Below, piece by piece: positions 44,366-54,112 of a DNA stretch of 64,000 nucleotides. The stretch comes from Caulobacter sp. (lineage in GTDB: Bacteria; Pseudomonadota; Alphaproteobacteria; Caulobacterales; Caulobacteraceae). Made by a program: the position numbers and the translations under genes. The notes under the pieces are model-generated. The model did not search any database. It had not been told where the DNA came from and saw only the letters and a program-made list of their open reading frames with translations. The stretch covers positions 14,089-78,088 of the forward strand of contig JANOSS010000105.1 of the NCBI GenBank assembly GCA_031415995.1, read 5' to 3'. Each line of letters starts with the position of its first letter. The first letter of the stretch is position 1.

Positions 44366-45504
44366 TGCTGTCAGTCCTCGTAAATGGCCGCATCCTGACG
44401 CAAGCCGGCGTCGTCGACGGCAAGAGCCTGGTACTCGAGAACGGCAGGATCGCCGCGATCCTCGACGCCGGCGACGCGCCGGCCGACGCCACGCGGCATG
44501 ACCTGAACGGCGGCCTGCTGGTTCCCGGCTTCATTGACACCCAGGTCAATGGTGGCGGCGGCCTGCTGTTCAACGACGCCCCCACGGTAGAAACCATCGC
44601 CGCCATCGGCGCGGCACACCGCCCGTTCGGCACCACCGGCTTCCTGCCCACCCTGATAAGCGACGACCTGACGGTGGTCGATCGGGCCATGCGCGCCACC
44701 GAAGCCGCCATCGAGGCCGGCGTGCCTGGCGTGCTGGGCATTCATATCGAAGGCCCGTTCCTCAATGTGAAGCGCAAGGGCATCCACGACGCCGGAAAGT
44801 TCCGGGTCATCGACGACGCGGCCCTGGCGCTGCTGGGTTCGCTGAGGGTCGGCAAAACCCTGGTCACCCTGGCCCCCGAGACCACGACACCGGACATGAT
44901 CCGCCAACTGACGAGTGCGGGTGTTATTGTTGCGGCCGGCCACACCAACGCCGCCTATGGTACGATGCGCAAGGCGCTAGCGGCAGGGCTGAGCGGCTTC
45001 ACCCACCTGTTCAACGCCATGTCGCCGCTGACCAGCCGCGAGCCTGGCGCGGTCGGCGCGGCGCTGGAAAGCCAGACCGCCTGGTGCGGCCTGATCGTCG
45101 ATGGTCGTCACGTCGATCCTGCGGTGCTGCGCATCGCCCTGCGCACCCGGCCGCTGGACCGGTTCGTGCTGGTGACCGACGCCATGCCTACGGTCGGGAT
45201 GATCGACAAGAGCTTCGACCTGCAGGGCCGTCAGATCCACGTCGTCGATGGCGTTTGCGTCGACGCCCACGGCACCCTGGCCGGCTCGGATCTCGACATG
45301 ATCGGCGCGGTGCGCAACGCGATGTCGATGCTGGGGTTATCGCTGCAGGACGCTGTCTCGATCGCCTCGGGCTCGCCGGCGGCCTTCCTGGGCCTGCAAG
45401 ACGAGCGCGGGCGCATCTGCGTGGGCCAGGCCGCCGATCTGGTGTTGCTGGACGATGATCTGCGGGTTCGCGAGACCTGGATCGGCGGCGCCGCCAGCCT
45501 CTGA
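44365..45504 (+). CDS. nagA: N-acetylglucosamine-6-phosphate deacetylase
   Basis: PGFIDTQVNGGGG, GIHIEGPFL, AAGHTNA, THLFNAM, LVTDAM, LAGS. Confidence 0.95.
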   Translation: MLSVLVNGRILTQAGVVDGKSLVLENGRIAAILDAGDAPADATRHDLNGGLLVPGFIDTQVNGGGGLLFNDAPTVETIAAIGAAHRPFGTTGFLPTLISDDLTVVDRAMRATEAAIEAGVPGVLGIHIEGPFLNVKRKGIHDAGKFRVIDDAALALLGSLRVGKTLVTLAPETTTPDMIRQLTSAGVIVAAGHTNAAYGTMRKALAAGLSGFTHLFNAMSPLTSREPGAVGAALESQTAWCGLIVDGRHVDPAVLRIALRTRPLDRFVLVTDAMPTVGMIDKSFDLQGRQIHVVDGVCVDAHGTLAGSDLDMIGAVRNAMSMLGLSLQDAVSIASGSPAAFLGLQDERGRICVGQAADLVLLDDDLRVRETWIGGAASL

Positions 45505-45506
45505 CG

Positions 45507-45542
45507 AAAAAGGGGCGCCGGCTTTCGCCGACGCCCCTCGTT
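45507..45542. terminator. Terminator hairpin between nagA and the convergent TBDR
   Basis: aaaaaggggcgccggc-ttt-cgccgacgcccctcgtt. Confidence 0.6.
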
Positions 45543-45549
45543 CAACAGC

Positions 45550-45668
45550 CTAGAGCGTTTTCCGATAGGTGTGAAACGGTTATCGGATCGACAAACGCTC
45601 CAAACTTTTGATTTAGAGCCCCTTTCGTCCGACCCTGAAGAAGCCACCAGGGTCGGAAAGGGCTCTAG
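45550..45668 (+). repeat. CIR/Bru-RS-like intergenic repeat, copy 2
   Basis: ctagagcgttttccgata..gtgtgaaacggttatcgg..ggaaagggctctag. Confidence 0.9.
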
Positions 45669-45676
45669 GCTGAGGT

Positions 45677-48600
45677 CTAGAACTTGTACTTCACGCCCAG
45701 ATAATACTGGCGACCGAAGTGCACATACTCTTCCGAGATCTGACGGGTCGAGTCGTCCACCTTGCTGTCGAACTGGTCGGTCAGGTTGATGCCTTCCAGC
45801 GTTATGGTGAAGTTCTTGAACTCGTAGCTGACCTGAGTGTCGACGTTCAGGGTCTTTTGCTTGATCCGAACGTCGTTGTTGTTGGTCGCCGAAGGGGCGA
45901 CCTGGATCAGGTACGGGTCGCGATACGAAGCCGAGATGCGCGCCTTGAAGCCCGCCTTCTCGTAGTAAAGCGTGCCGTTATAGGCTTCCGGCGACAGGTT
46001 CAGGAGTGGTTGGGTGATCAGCGTCGCCGGCGTCAGCTGCACCCGGGGGGTGCCGCCGAAGATCGGGTTGGCGATCACGTACTCGATGTCGCTCTTGACG
46101 TGCGTGTAGTTCACAATGCCGCCGAAACCGTCAAACGGCGCCGGCAGGAAGGTGAACGGACGCTGCAGGCTGATCTCGTAGCCCTTCAGCTTGCCGCCCT
46201 TGGTGTTCTGCTGCGAGGTCACCGTGAACAGCGTGTCTGGCGTGTTGCCGTTGGTCAGCAGGCTCGTAGGCAGACCCGTTTCCGAAAACGGGATTGCGAC
46301 CGCCGTGGTCTGGATGAAGGACTTGATGTCCTTCTGGAACAGACCGATCGAGAACAGGGTTTCCCGGTCAGGATACCACTCGAAGCCCAGGTCGATGTTG
46401 TTGGACAACATCGGGTTCAGGTCCGGGTTGCCACGCGTCAGCGTCTGGGCCGACTGGCTGTTGGCCGTGAAGCCCGGCGTCAGGTTCTGCAGCTGCGGAC
46501 GCGTCATGACCTTGGCGGCCGCGAAGCGAACGAAGAAGTTTTCCAGCGGCTGGACCGACAGGTTCATCGACGGCAGCGTGTTGGTGTAGCTGCGCGACGT
46601 GGTCTGGGTGCCGTCGGTCGGGACCGTTTGCGACAGCGTGCCGACCGGCGTGACGGTCGAGACCGTGGTGCTGCCGGTGTTGAAGTGGCCCAGGGCGTCC
46701 TGCTCGGTCTTCACCCAGCGAACGCCGACGTTGCCGCGAACGGGGATCGAGCCGAAGTCGCGATCAAAATCGCCTTGCAGATAGTAGGACGTGTCGTTCT
46801 CGCTGATCTCCCGAAGCGCACCGAGCTGGTTGAGCGAGCTGAGGCGGAAGTCGCCGTTGGCGTTGATGCAGTTGCAGTCATAGCCGATGGCAGTCTTCAG
46901 CTTGTCGAGGTCGGGCGCGATCCACGAGGTGGGCGTACCGGCTGGCATGTCGAGACCACGGCCAAAGCCGGTGATCAGACGCGAGACGTCGGCGACGGTC
47001 ACGCCGGCCGGCAGCGGGAACGCCGCTTCGGCCACGAAGCCCGTGCCGCCCGGAATCACGCGCGAGAAGATGCGCTTTTCCGAGGAATTGAAGCCGTATT
47101 CCTTGAAGGCCGCGCCGGTGCGAACCTTCAGCCAGTCCATGACCTGATAGTCAAAGTCGAAGCGGAGGGTCTTGAAGGTGTTGACGGCCTTGCTGGGGCG
47201 CAGGCGCAACAGCGACGGGTCGCCTAGCGCCGAGCTGTTGCTATACTGGAAGTTGGCCGGGTTGGTCGCGTCGAAGCCGTAGTTGAACGACGGCCGACGC
47301 GGATCGGTTGAGTAGTCGTAGCTGTAGCCGTCGCTGTTGTAGCGGTCGAACGAGAAGGTCGTCTGGACCGGGTTGTTCTGGATCGAACGCGCCTGGCCGT
47401 AGGTGGCCACCAGCTTGCCCTTGTCACCGATCTTGGTGTCGTAGGTCAGGACGTTCTGGAAGAACTCGGTGTTCAGGTCGTCATGGCGATACTCGACGCG
47501 GGCATCGACGTCGTCGAAAGTGCCCTTGATCAGGTGACCCTTGGCGTCGGCCGCGAAATTGACGACGTCGGTCTGGGGCAGGCCCTGGCCGCTGCGGCTA
47601 AACGAAATGATTTCCAGATAGGTCTCATCGCGGTCGTTGGTGAAGTCCGCGAACAGAGTGTCCAGGGTCAGGGTCGAGTTGTCGGTCGGGCGCCATTGCA
47701 GCGAACCGGTCACGCCCAGACGCTTTTGATTGTACTCAAGCCGGCCATAGCGCGGAATCCGCGGGTGCCAAAGGTTGTTGGCGGTGCCAGCGGCGGCGGC
47801 GACGGTTGGCGAGGTGCCGCCGGTGACGGTGCCGATCTGGCCGCAGGTCAGGGGCGGACCGCTGACGGGGTTGTAGGCCGCGCCCGTGCAGGGGAAGGCC
47901 GTCGAGGAGTTGAAGCGAACGCTGGGGTTTTCCCAACGACCGGTCGAGGAGCCTTCCTCCAGCGTCTGGCGCTTGGCGTAGGCCACCGACAGCAGGGCGC
48001 CGAACTTTCCGTCGTTCCAAGTGTTAGCGATCAGGAAAGTGTAGCGCGGGTCGCTTTTACGCGACAGGTCGTTCCAGCCGTACTTGGCCCCTGCGCTCAT
48101 TGTGAACTTGTTGAAGTCGAACGGGCGAGCCGCCTGCAGGTCGATGATCGCGCCCAGCGAGCCTTCTTCGTTCGACGCCGAGGTCGACTTGCGCACGGTG
48201 ACGCTGTTGAAGAGTTCCGAGGCGAAGATGCTGAAGTCGAACTGACGGCTGCGGTTAGCGCCGCCTGAGCCGTCCTTGCCGCCCGTGGTGGCCAGGGCTT
48301 CCAGGCCATTCAGGCGCACGACGGTGAAGTCGGCGTTCAGGCCACGCACGGTGATGGTGCGGCCTTCGCCGCCGTCGCGGTCGATCGAGACGCCGGGGAT
48401 GCGCTGCAGCGACTCCGCCAGGTTCAGATCGGGGAAGTCGGCGATGTCGGTCGCCTTGATGACATCGACCATGTCATTCTCGCGACGCTTCACATCGAGC
48501 GCGTTGGCGAGGCTGGCGCGGAAGCCGGTGACAACGACCTCTTCCACCGCGCTGTCATCGGCCTGAGCCGGCGCAGTCTGGGCAGACGCGGTTCCAGCCA

Positions 48601-48679
48601 TCGCGATGGCGAGCGCCAAGGCGCCCGTGGAGACCCCAAGCTTCAGGACGTCGAGGCGCCCCCCGGAAATCTTAGACAT
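45677..48679 (-). CDS. TonB-dependent receptor (carbohydrate type)
   Basis: GAGGAGG RBS before ATG 48679; EEVVVTG TonB box, NLAESLQRIPGV plug, C-terminal YKF. Confidence 0.95.
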   Translation of the reverse strand: MSKISGGRLDVLKLGVSTGALALAIAMAGTASAQTAPAQADDSAVEEVVVTGFRASLANALDVKRRENDMVDVIKATDIADFPDLNLAESLQRIPGVSIDRDGGEGRTITVRGLNADFTVVRLNGLEALATTGGKDGSGGANRSRQFDFSIFASELFNSVTVRKSTSASNEEGSLGAIIDLQAARPFDFNKFTMSAGAKYGWNDLSRKSDPRYTFLIANTWNDGKFGALLSVAYAKRQTLEEGSSTGRWENPSVRFNSSTAFPCTGAAYNPVSGPPLTCGQIGTVTGGTSPTVAAAAGTANNLWHPRIPRYGRLEYNQKRLGVTGSLQWRPTDNSTLTLDTLFADFTNDRDETYLEIISFSRSGQGLPQTDVVNFAADAKGHLIKGTFDDVDARVEYRHDDLNTEFFQNVLTYDTKIGDKGKLVATYGQARSIQNNPVQTTFSFDRYNSDGYSYDYSTDPRRPSFNYGFDATNPANFQYSNSSALGDPSLLRLRPSKAVNTFKTLRFDFDYQVMDWLKVRTGAAFKEYGFNSSEKRIFSRVIPGGTGFVAEAAFPLPAGVTVADVSRLITGFGRGLDMPAGTPTSWIAPDLDKLKTAIGYDCNCINANGDFRLSSLNQLGALREISENDTSYYLQGDFDRDFGSIPVRGNVGVRWVKTEQDALGHFNTGSTTVSTVTPVGTLSQTVPTDGTQTTSRSYTNTLPSMNLSVQPLENFFVRFAAAKVMTRPQLQNLTPGFTANSQSAQTLTRGNPDLNPMLSNNIDLGFEWYPDRETLFSIGLFQKDIKSFIQTTAVAIPFSETGLPTSLLTNGNTPDTLFTVTSQQNTKGGKLKGYEISLQRPFTFLPAPFDGFGGIVNYTHVKSDIEYVIANPIFGGTPRVQLTPATLITQPLLNLSPEAYNGTLYYEKAGFKARISASYRDPYLIQVAPSATNNNDVRIKQKTLNVDTQVSYEFKNFTITLEGINLTDQFDSKVDDSTRQISEEYVHFGRQYYLGVKYKF

Positions 48680-48781
48680 GTATCCTCCTCCCGTTCGACG
48701 GAAACGGCGCTGTTGCACCGCCCGGCTTTGAACTGATCGCGCTTCCTTCCTGCGCGCCCAGTTCTCGGCCGTCTGTGTTTT

Positions 48782-48836
48782 TGACACCGGTGTCAGGTAC
48801 GGACAGAGACCTGTCCGCGCCTTGACACCGGTAGCA
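48782..48836. promoter_or_regulatory. Two LacI-type operators upstream of the TBDR
   Basis: TGACACCGGTGTCA (48782-48795, perfect palindrome) and TGACACCGGTAGCA (48823-48836). Confidence 0.65.
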
Positions 48837-48973
48837 AAGAGCTAACAAACCGTCGTTATGACGACAAGGCGAGATTGTGTTTGATGACAGGAGAAGTCGC
48901 GCGCGTGGCTTTTCCACCACATCGTGGCGACGCCCAGAAGACCGAGACAAGGGGAGCGCGACCGGCAGAGGCC

Positions 48974-49090
48974 GAAAATCATGGTCCGATAAGTGTGAAA
49001 CGCCTGTTGGATCGAAGAATGCTACAGATCTTCGGCTTGGAGCCCTTTTCGCCTGAACTGATAAAGCCATCAGCCCGAAGACGCCTTTAG
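48974..49090 (+). repeat. CIR/Bru-RS-like repeat, degenerate copy 3
   Basis: ccgataagtgtgaaacg, ggagcccttttcgcc and aagccatcag align colinearly with copies 1 and 2. Confidence 0.75.
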
Positions 49091-49099
49091 GGCGCTAGA

Positions 49100-49217
49100 T
49101 GTGAGCTCTTTCCGACCTGATAGCTTCATCAGGGTCGGGCGAAAAGGGCTCTAAATCAAAAGTTTAGAGCGTTTTTCGATCCAATAACCGTTTCACACGT
49201 ATCGGAAAACGCTCTGG
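49100..49217 (-). repeat. CIR/Bru-RS-like repeat, copy 4 (reverse orientation)
   Basis: Reverse complement nearly identical to copy 1. Confidence 0.9.
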
Positions 49218-49310
49218 TGAGCGTATAAAATGCCGACTTACCGCCGATTTCGCATTATGACGCAATCGCACGGAGCGACCGGCATCATCCCACCCATGGC
49301 GGCCTTTGCC

Positions 49311-49784
49311 CTATAACTCTTCTGTCTTGCGGTGGCTGACCTTGTGGAGCCCCTCGATCATGGACTGCCGGTCGGCCGCCGGCAGCTGATTTCCCATGGT
49401 GCGCAGTAGCCGCAGGGCGTGGAGGTGAACGTCGATGGCGTTCCAGCGCCAGGCGCCGGCCTCAGCGCAGCTGTCGGTGGTCGCGGCGAGGGAGACTGCT
49501 GCCTGATCTACGCCGGCGTCGGAGACGAAGGTGCTGACGTCGATTATTCTCATGCTCAGAGTATAGAGGTCCTCAAAGCTCTCGGACTGACGGTCGGCCG
49601 CTGCGGGGCCGAAGCGGCGCTCGATTTCGGCCAATGTGTCGTCGAGAACGACCAGAGAAACCTCGCGCAGGCTTTCAACCCCGACTTCAGCGGCGGTGAT
49701 CGCGTCCTTGGCCATCAGGCCACCGCTCTCCTTGATCATCTTGGCCAGCCGATTGGGCGGGCGAAATTTGCGAACGACGCTCAT
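49311..49784 (-). CDS. Chemotaxis-operon hypothetical protein (position of C. crescentus cheE)
   Basis: Last gene of the operon, overlaps the receiver gene; helical; name from recalled synteny. Confidence 0.7.
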   Translation of the reverse strand: MSVVRKFRPPNRLAKMIKESGGLMAKDAITAAEVGVESLREVSLVVLDDTLAEIERRFGPAAADRQSESFEDLYTLSMRIIDVSTFVSDAGVDQAAVSLAATTDSCAEAGAWRWNAIDVHLHALRLLRTMGNQLPAADRQSMIEGLHKVSHRKTEEL

Positions 49785-50380
49785 ATCTGCACCTTCGCGA
49801 CCTTCATCAGACTGTTGATCTCATCCTGAGACATGTTGGCTTCTTGCGCATTGCCGACCTCGGCAGGCAAGTCGTCCCGCCGCCGGCCTTCCATGCCGAT
49901 CGGCGGGCCTTCATACTTAAAGCGCCGATCAGGCCCGACATAGCTGTCGCACTCGATAAACGCCCGCTCTTCTCGCGCCACCCAGAAGATGCGCTCCAGC
50001 AGCACCTTCGGCGTGATCGGCTTGGCCACCGTGAAATTGGCCCCGGCGTCACGGGTGCGAAAGATGTCCGTGGTGCGGGTATGCCCGGTAACCAGGATCA
50101 CCGGAACGTAGCGATTGCTCTCCGGCGCGTCGCGTCGCAGCCAGTTGATAAACTCGATCCCGTCGACGTCGGGGATCTGAACGTCGCTGATGATCAGGTC
50201 AAAGGTCTTGGTTCCTACCAGCGACTGGGCGTCCTTGACCGTCTCGGCGCGGTGCAGTTGCTTGACCCCAAATCCGGAAACCACCTGCGACAGGATATCG
50301 AGCGAAGTCCCATTGTCGTCGAGCACCAGAACCGTGGCGCGCTCCAGATTGATACGGGTCGAAGCCTTTAGGGCGTCCAT
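49781..50380 (-). CDS. cleA: CheY-like c-di-GMP effector (Cle type, CheYIII)
   Basis: Receiver domain (LVLDD, ISDVQ, FTVAKP) followed by the Arg-rich YVGPDRR..GRRRDD region. Confidence 0.8.
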   Translation of the reverse strand: MDALKASTRINLERATVLVLDDNGTSLDILSQVVSGFGVKQLHRAETVKDAQSLVGTKTFDLIISDVQIPDVDGIEFINWLRRDAPESNRYVPVILVTGHTRTTDIFRTRDAGANFTVAKPITPKVLLERIFWVAREERAFIECDSYVGPDRRFKYEGPPIGMEGRRRDDLPAEVGNAQEANMSQDEINSLMKVAKVQI

Positions 50381-50389
50381 GGACGAAGC

Positions 50390-50776
50390 CTAGAAGAAGT
50401 CGAGTTCACCCGCCTCGACGTCCCAGGCTGTCGGCTCGCCGACAGCGCGCAGGCGCACCACCAGGTCCGCCAGGCCAAGGCCTTCGAGAAGGGGTTCGAT
50501 GGACATGCTCCACTCGCCGGACGCGTGCTGGCCGATGCGCTGCAGAACGTCTGACAGGCCGTGCAGGCGCTGGCTCAGCTCGTCCAGCGCCTGGAGCCGG
50601 GAGATGCTTTCCAGCGCCGCCCCGCCCTTGGCCAAATCGCCGGCAATATGTTCGCAATCCCGACACACCGCCGCAGCCGACATCAACTCGGCCGCAAGAC
50701 GGCGCGAGAGTTCGCCCACGGGAGTCAGGGTCTCCGGCGGGGCGATAGGGGATGTCGAGAGCTGCATGGAGGTCAT
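50390..50776 (-). CDS. Chemotaxis-operon hypothetical protein (position of cheU)
   Basis: Between cheD and cleA; ends GELDFF. Confidence 0.65.
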   Translation of the reverse strand: MTSMQLSTSPIAPPETLTPVGELSRRLAAELMSAAAVCRDCEHIAGDLAKGGAALESISRLQALDELSQRLHGLSDVLQRIGQHASGEWSMSIEPLLEGLGLADLVVRLRAVGEPTAWDVEAGELDFF

Positions 50777-50781
50777 GTGGA

Positions 50782-51345
50782 TCAGAACAGCTCCAGGTCG
50801 CCGCCAGAATTGACAGGCATGGGTGCGGGTGTAGGACGCCGGACGTCCTGCGGCGCGTTGTCCACAGCCACAAGCCGCTGACGAACGCGGCCGGAGGCTG
50901 GCCAGAATTCCACGCGACGCGCCGAAACACCGCCCGTGCTCGAAGAGACGATTGGAATCCCTTCGTCGCGCAGGAACCGCTCGGCAAAGCTGGCGTTGCT
51001 GGCGCCGACGTCAGACAGGCCCTCGAACAGCTTTCCGCCGCCGAAGATCTTGGCTTCCATCCGCTCGCGACGCGCGCCCCGCTTCAGCAGGCCGTTGATC
51101 AGCATCTCCATGGCGTAGGCGCCATAGCGGACGGCGTCTCCGTCCTTGCGACCGTCGCCTGAGTCAGGAAGCAGGAAATGGTTCATGCCGCCAATGCCGG
51201 CCTGCGGATCGCGGATACAGGCGGCGATGCACGAACCAAGCACGGTGGTCATCACCACGTTGGGGTCGGACGACACGTGGCTCTCGCCTTGCGTGACGTG
51301 GACCTTGACCGAGCGTTCCAGATCGTCGGGTTGTCCAAATGTCAT
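50782..51345 (-). CDS. cheD: Chemoreceptor glutamine deamidase
   Basis: [38 protein letters not shown]. Confidence 0.95.
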   Translation of the reverse strand: MTFGQPDDLERSVKVHVTQGESHVSSDPNVVMTTVLGSCIAACIRDPQAGIGGMNHFLLPDSGDGRKDGDAVRYGAYAMEMLINGLLKRGARRERMEAKIFGGGKLFEGLSDVGASNASFAERFLRDEGIPIVSSSTGGVSARRVEFWPASGRVRQRLVAVDNAPQDVRRPTPAPMPVNSGGDLELF

Positions 51346-51731
51346 GTGAGCTGACCGAAGACCTGTTCGATCTTCTCCTTGAGGCCCTGAACGGTGAAAG
51401 GTTTGACGCAGTAGTTGTTGACGCCGAACTGCACGGCCCGCTGCACAAGCTCGCGGTCGGCCCGGCCGGTCAGCATGACAAAGGCTGTCTGCCGGATCGG
51501 CGGGTGCGAGCGCACGGCGCGCAGGAGGGCCAGCCCGTCCATCTTGGGCATGTTGAAGTCGGAGATCACAAGGTTCGCCGGCTTGGAAAGGAGGTTCTTC
51601 AGCGCCTCCTCGCCATCCGGCGCCTCACGGATGTCCTTGAACCCGATCTGCTGCAACGCATTGCGGATCAAGGCCCGCATGGTCAGCTGATCATCGACGA
51701 CGAGAACGGAAATGGTGCTTGCTTGGGGCAT
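51342..51731 (-). CDS. cheY: Chemotaxis response regulator (CheYII)
   Basis: [23 protein letters not shown]; real start ATG at 51731. Confidence 0.92.
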   Translation of the reverse strand: MPQASTISVLVVDDQLTMRALIRNALQQIGFKDIREAPDGEEALKNLLSKPANLVISDFNMPKMDGLALLRAVRSHPPIRQTAFVMLTGRADRELVQRAVQFGVNNYCVKPFTVQGLKEKIEQVFGQLT

Positions 51732-51735
51732 GGGT

Positions 51736-52764
51736 TCATCGCCTCGCGGAGGCCAGATCGAGGATGGATTGGCCCATGGAGGACAGGGAAACCTGCTTCT
51801 CCACGGCGCCGATTTCAAAGGCCGCGCGGGGCATGCCGTAAACGACACAGCTCTGCTCGTCCTGTCCGAGGGTCTTGGCACGGGCTTTACGCAGGGCAAG
51901 AAGGCCCTGGGCGCCGTCACGTCCCATACCGGTCAGGATCGCCCCGACCGCCTTGTCGCCGACCGCGTTGGCCACCGAGTTGAAAAGAACGTCCACCGAC
52001 GGGCGGTGACCGCTCACCGGATCGCCCGCGATCAGGCGACAGCGCAACCCGCCCGAACGAACGACCTCCAGGTGCGTCGCCCCGCCCGGGGCGACATAGA
52101 CCTTTCCGGGCTCCAGCAGGGCGCCGTCCGTGGCTTCCTGCACCTTGGCCCCGCTGGCGCGGTCGAGGCGCGCGGCGAAGCTGGCGGTAAAGGTCGCCGG
52201 CATGTGCTGGGTGATCACAGTCGGCGGGCAGGTGTCCGGGAACATCGTCAGGATCGCCAGCAGCGCCTCGACACCGCCGGTCGAAGAGCCGATGGCCACG
52301 ATGTCGCCCGAGGGCATATAGCTTTTGGTCCGGGCCACGACGGGCGCCGTGTCGGCCTTGGTCCGCACCGAGGCTCGGGCCGCGATCTTCACCTTGACCA
52401 CAATCTCGTTGAGCGCTTCTTGGGTGCCCAGTGCGTCCGCCGGCTTGGCCACACAGTCGATGGCGCCCAGCTCAAGAGCGCGCAGCGTCATCTCGGCGCC
52501 GGCCTGGGTCAGGGTCGAGACCATCACCACGGGCATGGGCCGCAGGCGCATGATCTTCTCGAGGAACTCGATGCCGTTCATGTTCGGCATCTCGATGTCG
52601 AGCGTCACGACATCGGGATTGAGGGCCTTGATCATGCCCCGGGCTTCGAAGGGATCACCGGCGGCACCGCAGACCTCGATATCCGGATCTCGATTAAGGG
52701 CAGCCGTGATCAGGCTCCGCATGGTGGCGGAGTCGTCGACGACGAGAACGCGAATCTTGGCCAT
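51736..52764 (-). CDS. cheB: Chemotaxis methylesterase
   Basis: Receiver domain plus [27 protein letters not shown]. Confidence 0.97.
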   Translation of the reverse strand: MAKIRVLVVDDSATMRSLITAALNRDPDIEVCGAAGDPFEARGMIKALNPDVVTLDIEMPNMNGIEFLEKIMRLRPMPVVMVSTLTQAGAEMTLRALELGAIDCVAKPADALGTQEALNEIVVKVKIAARASVRTKADTAPVVARTKSYMPSGDIVAIGSSTGGVEALLAILTMFPDTCPPTVITQHMPATFTASFAARLDRASGAKVQEATDGALLEPGKVYVAPGGATHLEVVRSGGLRCRLIAGDPVSGHRPSVDVLFNSVANAVGDKAVGAILTGMGRDGAQGLLALRKARAKTLGQDEQSCVVYGMPRAAFEIGAVEKQVSLSSMGQSILDLASARR

Positions 52765-53642
52765 CAGCGACCTCCCACCTTGCGATAAGCTGTCAGGCCC
52801 GCGCTTTCAAAGGCGGTGATCGAGGTCCCTACCCGTTCTGAGTGACCGACATAGAGACGGCCGCCCGGCGCGACGAGGGGCGCGAAGCGGTTCCAGACAC
52901 GCTCCTGGGTCGGCTCGTCGAAATAGATCACGACGTTGCGACAGAAGATGGCGTCGAACGGGCCCTTCATCGGCCAGCTGGGGCCGTTGAGGTTCAGCTC
53001 GCGGAAGGCCACCAGGCTGCGCGCGGCTTCACAGACGCGGAAGGCGCGGCGATCGCTCGTGTCGCGCTCGAAATACTGGTTGCGGGCGTGAGCCGGAATG
53101 CCTTCCAGCAGGCTCTCGTCATAGACGGCGGCGCGACCGGTCGCGAGCACGGAGGTGTCGAATTCCGTGCCCAGGATCCGGATATCCAGGTCAGCGGCGT
53201 TGGGCCACACCGACAGGACCGTGAAGGCCATTGAATAGGGCTCCTGGCCCGACGAACTGGCCGCCGACCAGAGGCGCAGACGGCCGCCGGCGCGGACCTT
53301 GTCGGCCATCGGCTCCAGAATGTTGGCGCGCAGGTCGTCGAAATGGTGCGGCTCCCGGAAGAAGCGGGTGACGTTGGTCGTCAGGGCGCGCAGCATTTCC
53401 TGCTGCTCGTCGACGCTGCTCTCCAGCGCCACGAAGGCGCAGTATTCGGTGAAGGTCTTCATGCCCAGTGAGCGCAGCCGCTTGGCCAGACGGGAATAGA
53501 CCAGGGTCGCCTTGGTCTCGGGCAGGCTGATACCAGCCTGCGCGTAGAGCAGCGCCGCGATCTTCTTGAAGTCCTGGTTTGTGAACGCGAACTCGCCATC
53601 GACAATGGCTTCGCGACGTTCTGTCATTGAGGCTGAGGTCAT
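52764..53642 (-). CDS. cheR: Chemotaxis methyltransferase
   Basis: [33 protein letters not shown]. Confidence 0.97.
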   Translation of the reverse strand: MTSASMTERREAIVDGEFAFTNQDFKKIAALLYAQAGISLPETKATLVYSRLAKRLRSLGMKTFTEYCAFVALESSVDEQQEMLRALTTNVTRFFREPHHFDDLRANILEPMADKVRAGGRLRLWSAASSSGQEPYSMAFTVLSVWPNAADLDIRILGTEFDTSVLATGRAAVYDESLLEGIPAHARNQYFERDTSDRRAFRVCEAARSLVAFRELNLNGPSWPMKGPFDAIFCRNVVIYFDEPTQERVWNRFAPLVAPGGRLYVGHSERVGTSITAFESAGLTAYRKVGGR

Positions 53643-54109
53643 CAGGCGGCCAGGGCCTCTCGTTCTGGGAGGATACGGTCGAGCGAGATCTCGCTGATCA
53701 TGCGCTCTTCGATCGAAATAATGCCGCGGACGAAGTTGCGAACAGTCTCGCAGGCCACATCCGGGGTAGCTTGAACCATGTCGTCATTGATCGACAGAAT
53801 GTCCGACACCGCATCGACCAACAGGCCAACCGTGCGGTCGCCTGCCTGAACGACAATGAACACGCTGCGAACCGTCGGCTCGACCATTGGCATGCCAAGA
53901 CGCGCCGCCAGGTCCATGATCGGCAGGACCGCGCCCCGCAGATTGATCACGCCGCGCATATAGCTTGGCGTCTGGGGTAGAGCGGTGGCGGGGCTCCAGC
54001 CCCGGATCTCCCGCACCGCCATGATGTTCACGCAGTATTCCTGATCGCCGACCCTGAACGAGATCAGCTCGCGGCGTGCGGTACTCGCGACGACAGTTGG
54101 GTCAATCAT
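53642..54109 (-). CDS. cheW: Chemotaxis coupling protein
   Basis: [30 protein letters not shown]. Confidence 0.96.
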   Translation of the reverse strand: MIDPTVVASTARRELISFRVGDQEYCVNIMAVREIRGWSPATALPQTPSYMRGVINLRGAVLPIMDLAARLGMPMVEPTVRSVFIVVQAGDRTVGLLVDAVSDILSINDDMVQATPDVACETVRNFVRGIISIEERMISEISLDRILPEREALAA

Positions 54110-54112
54110 GAC

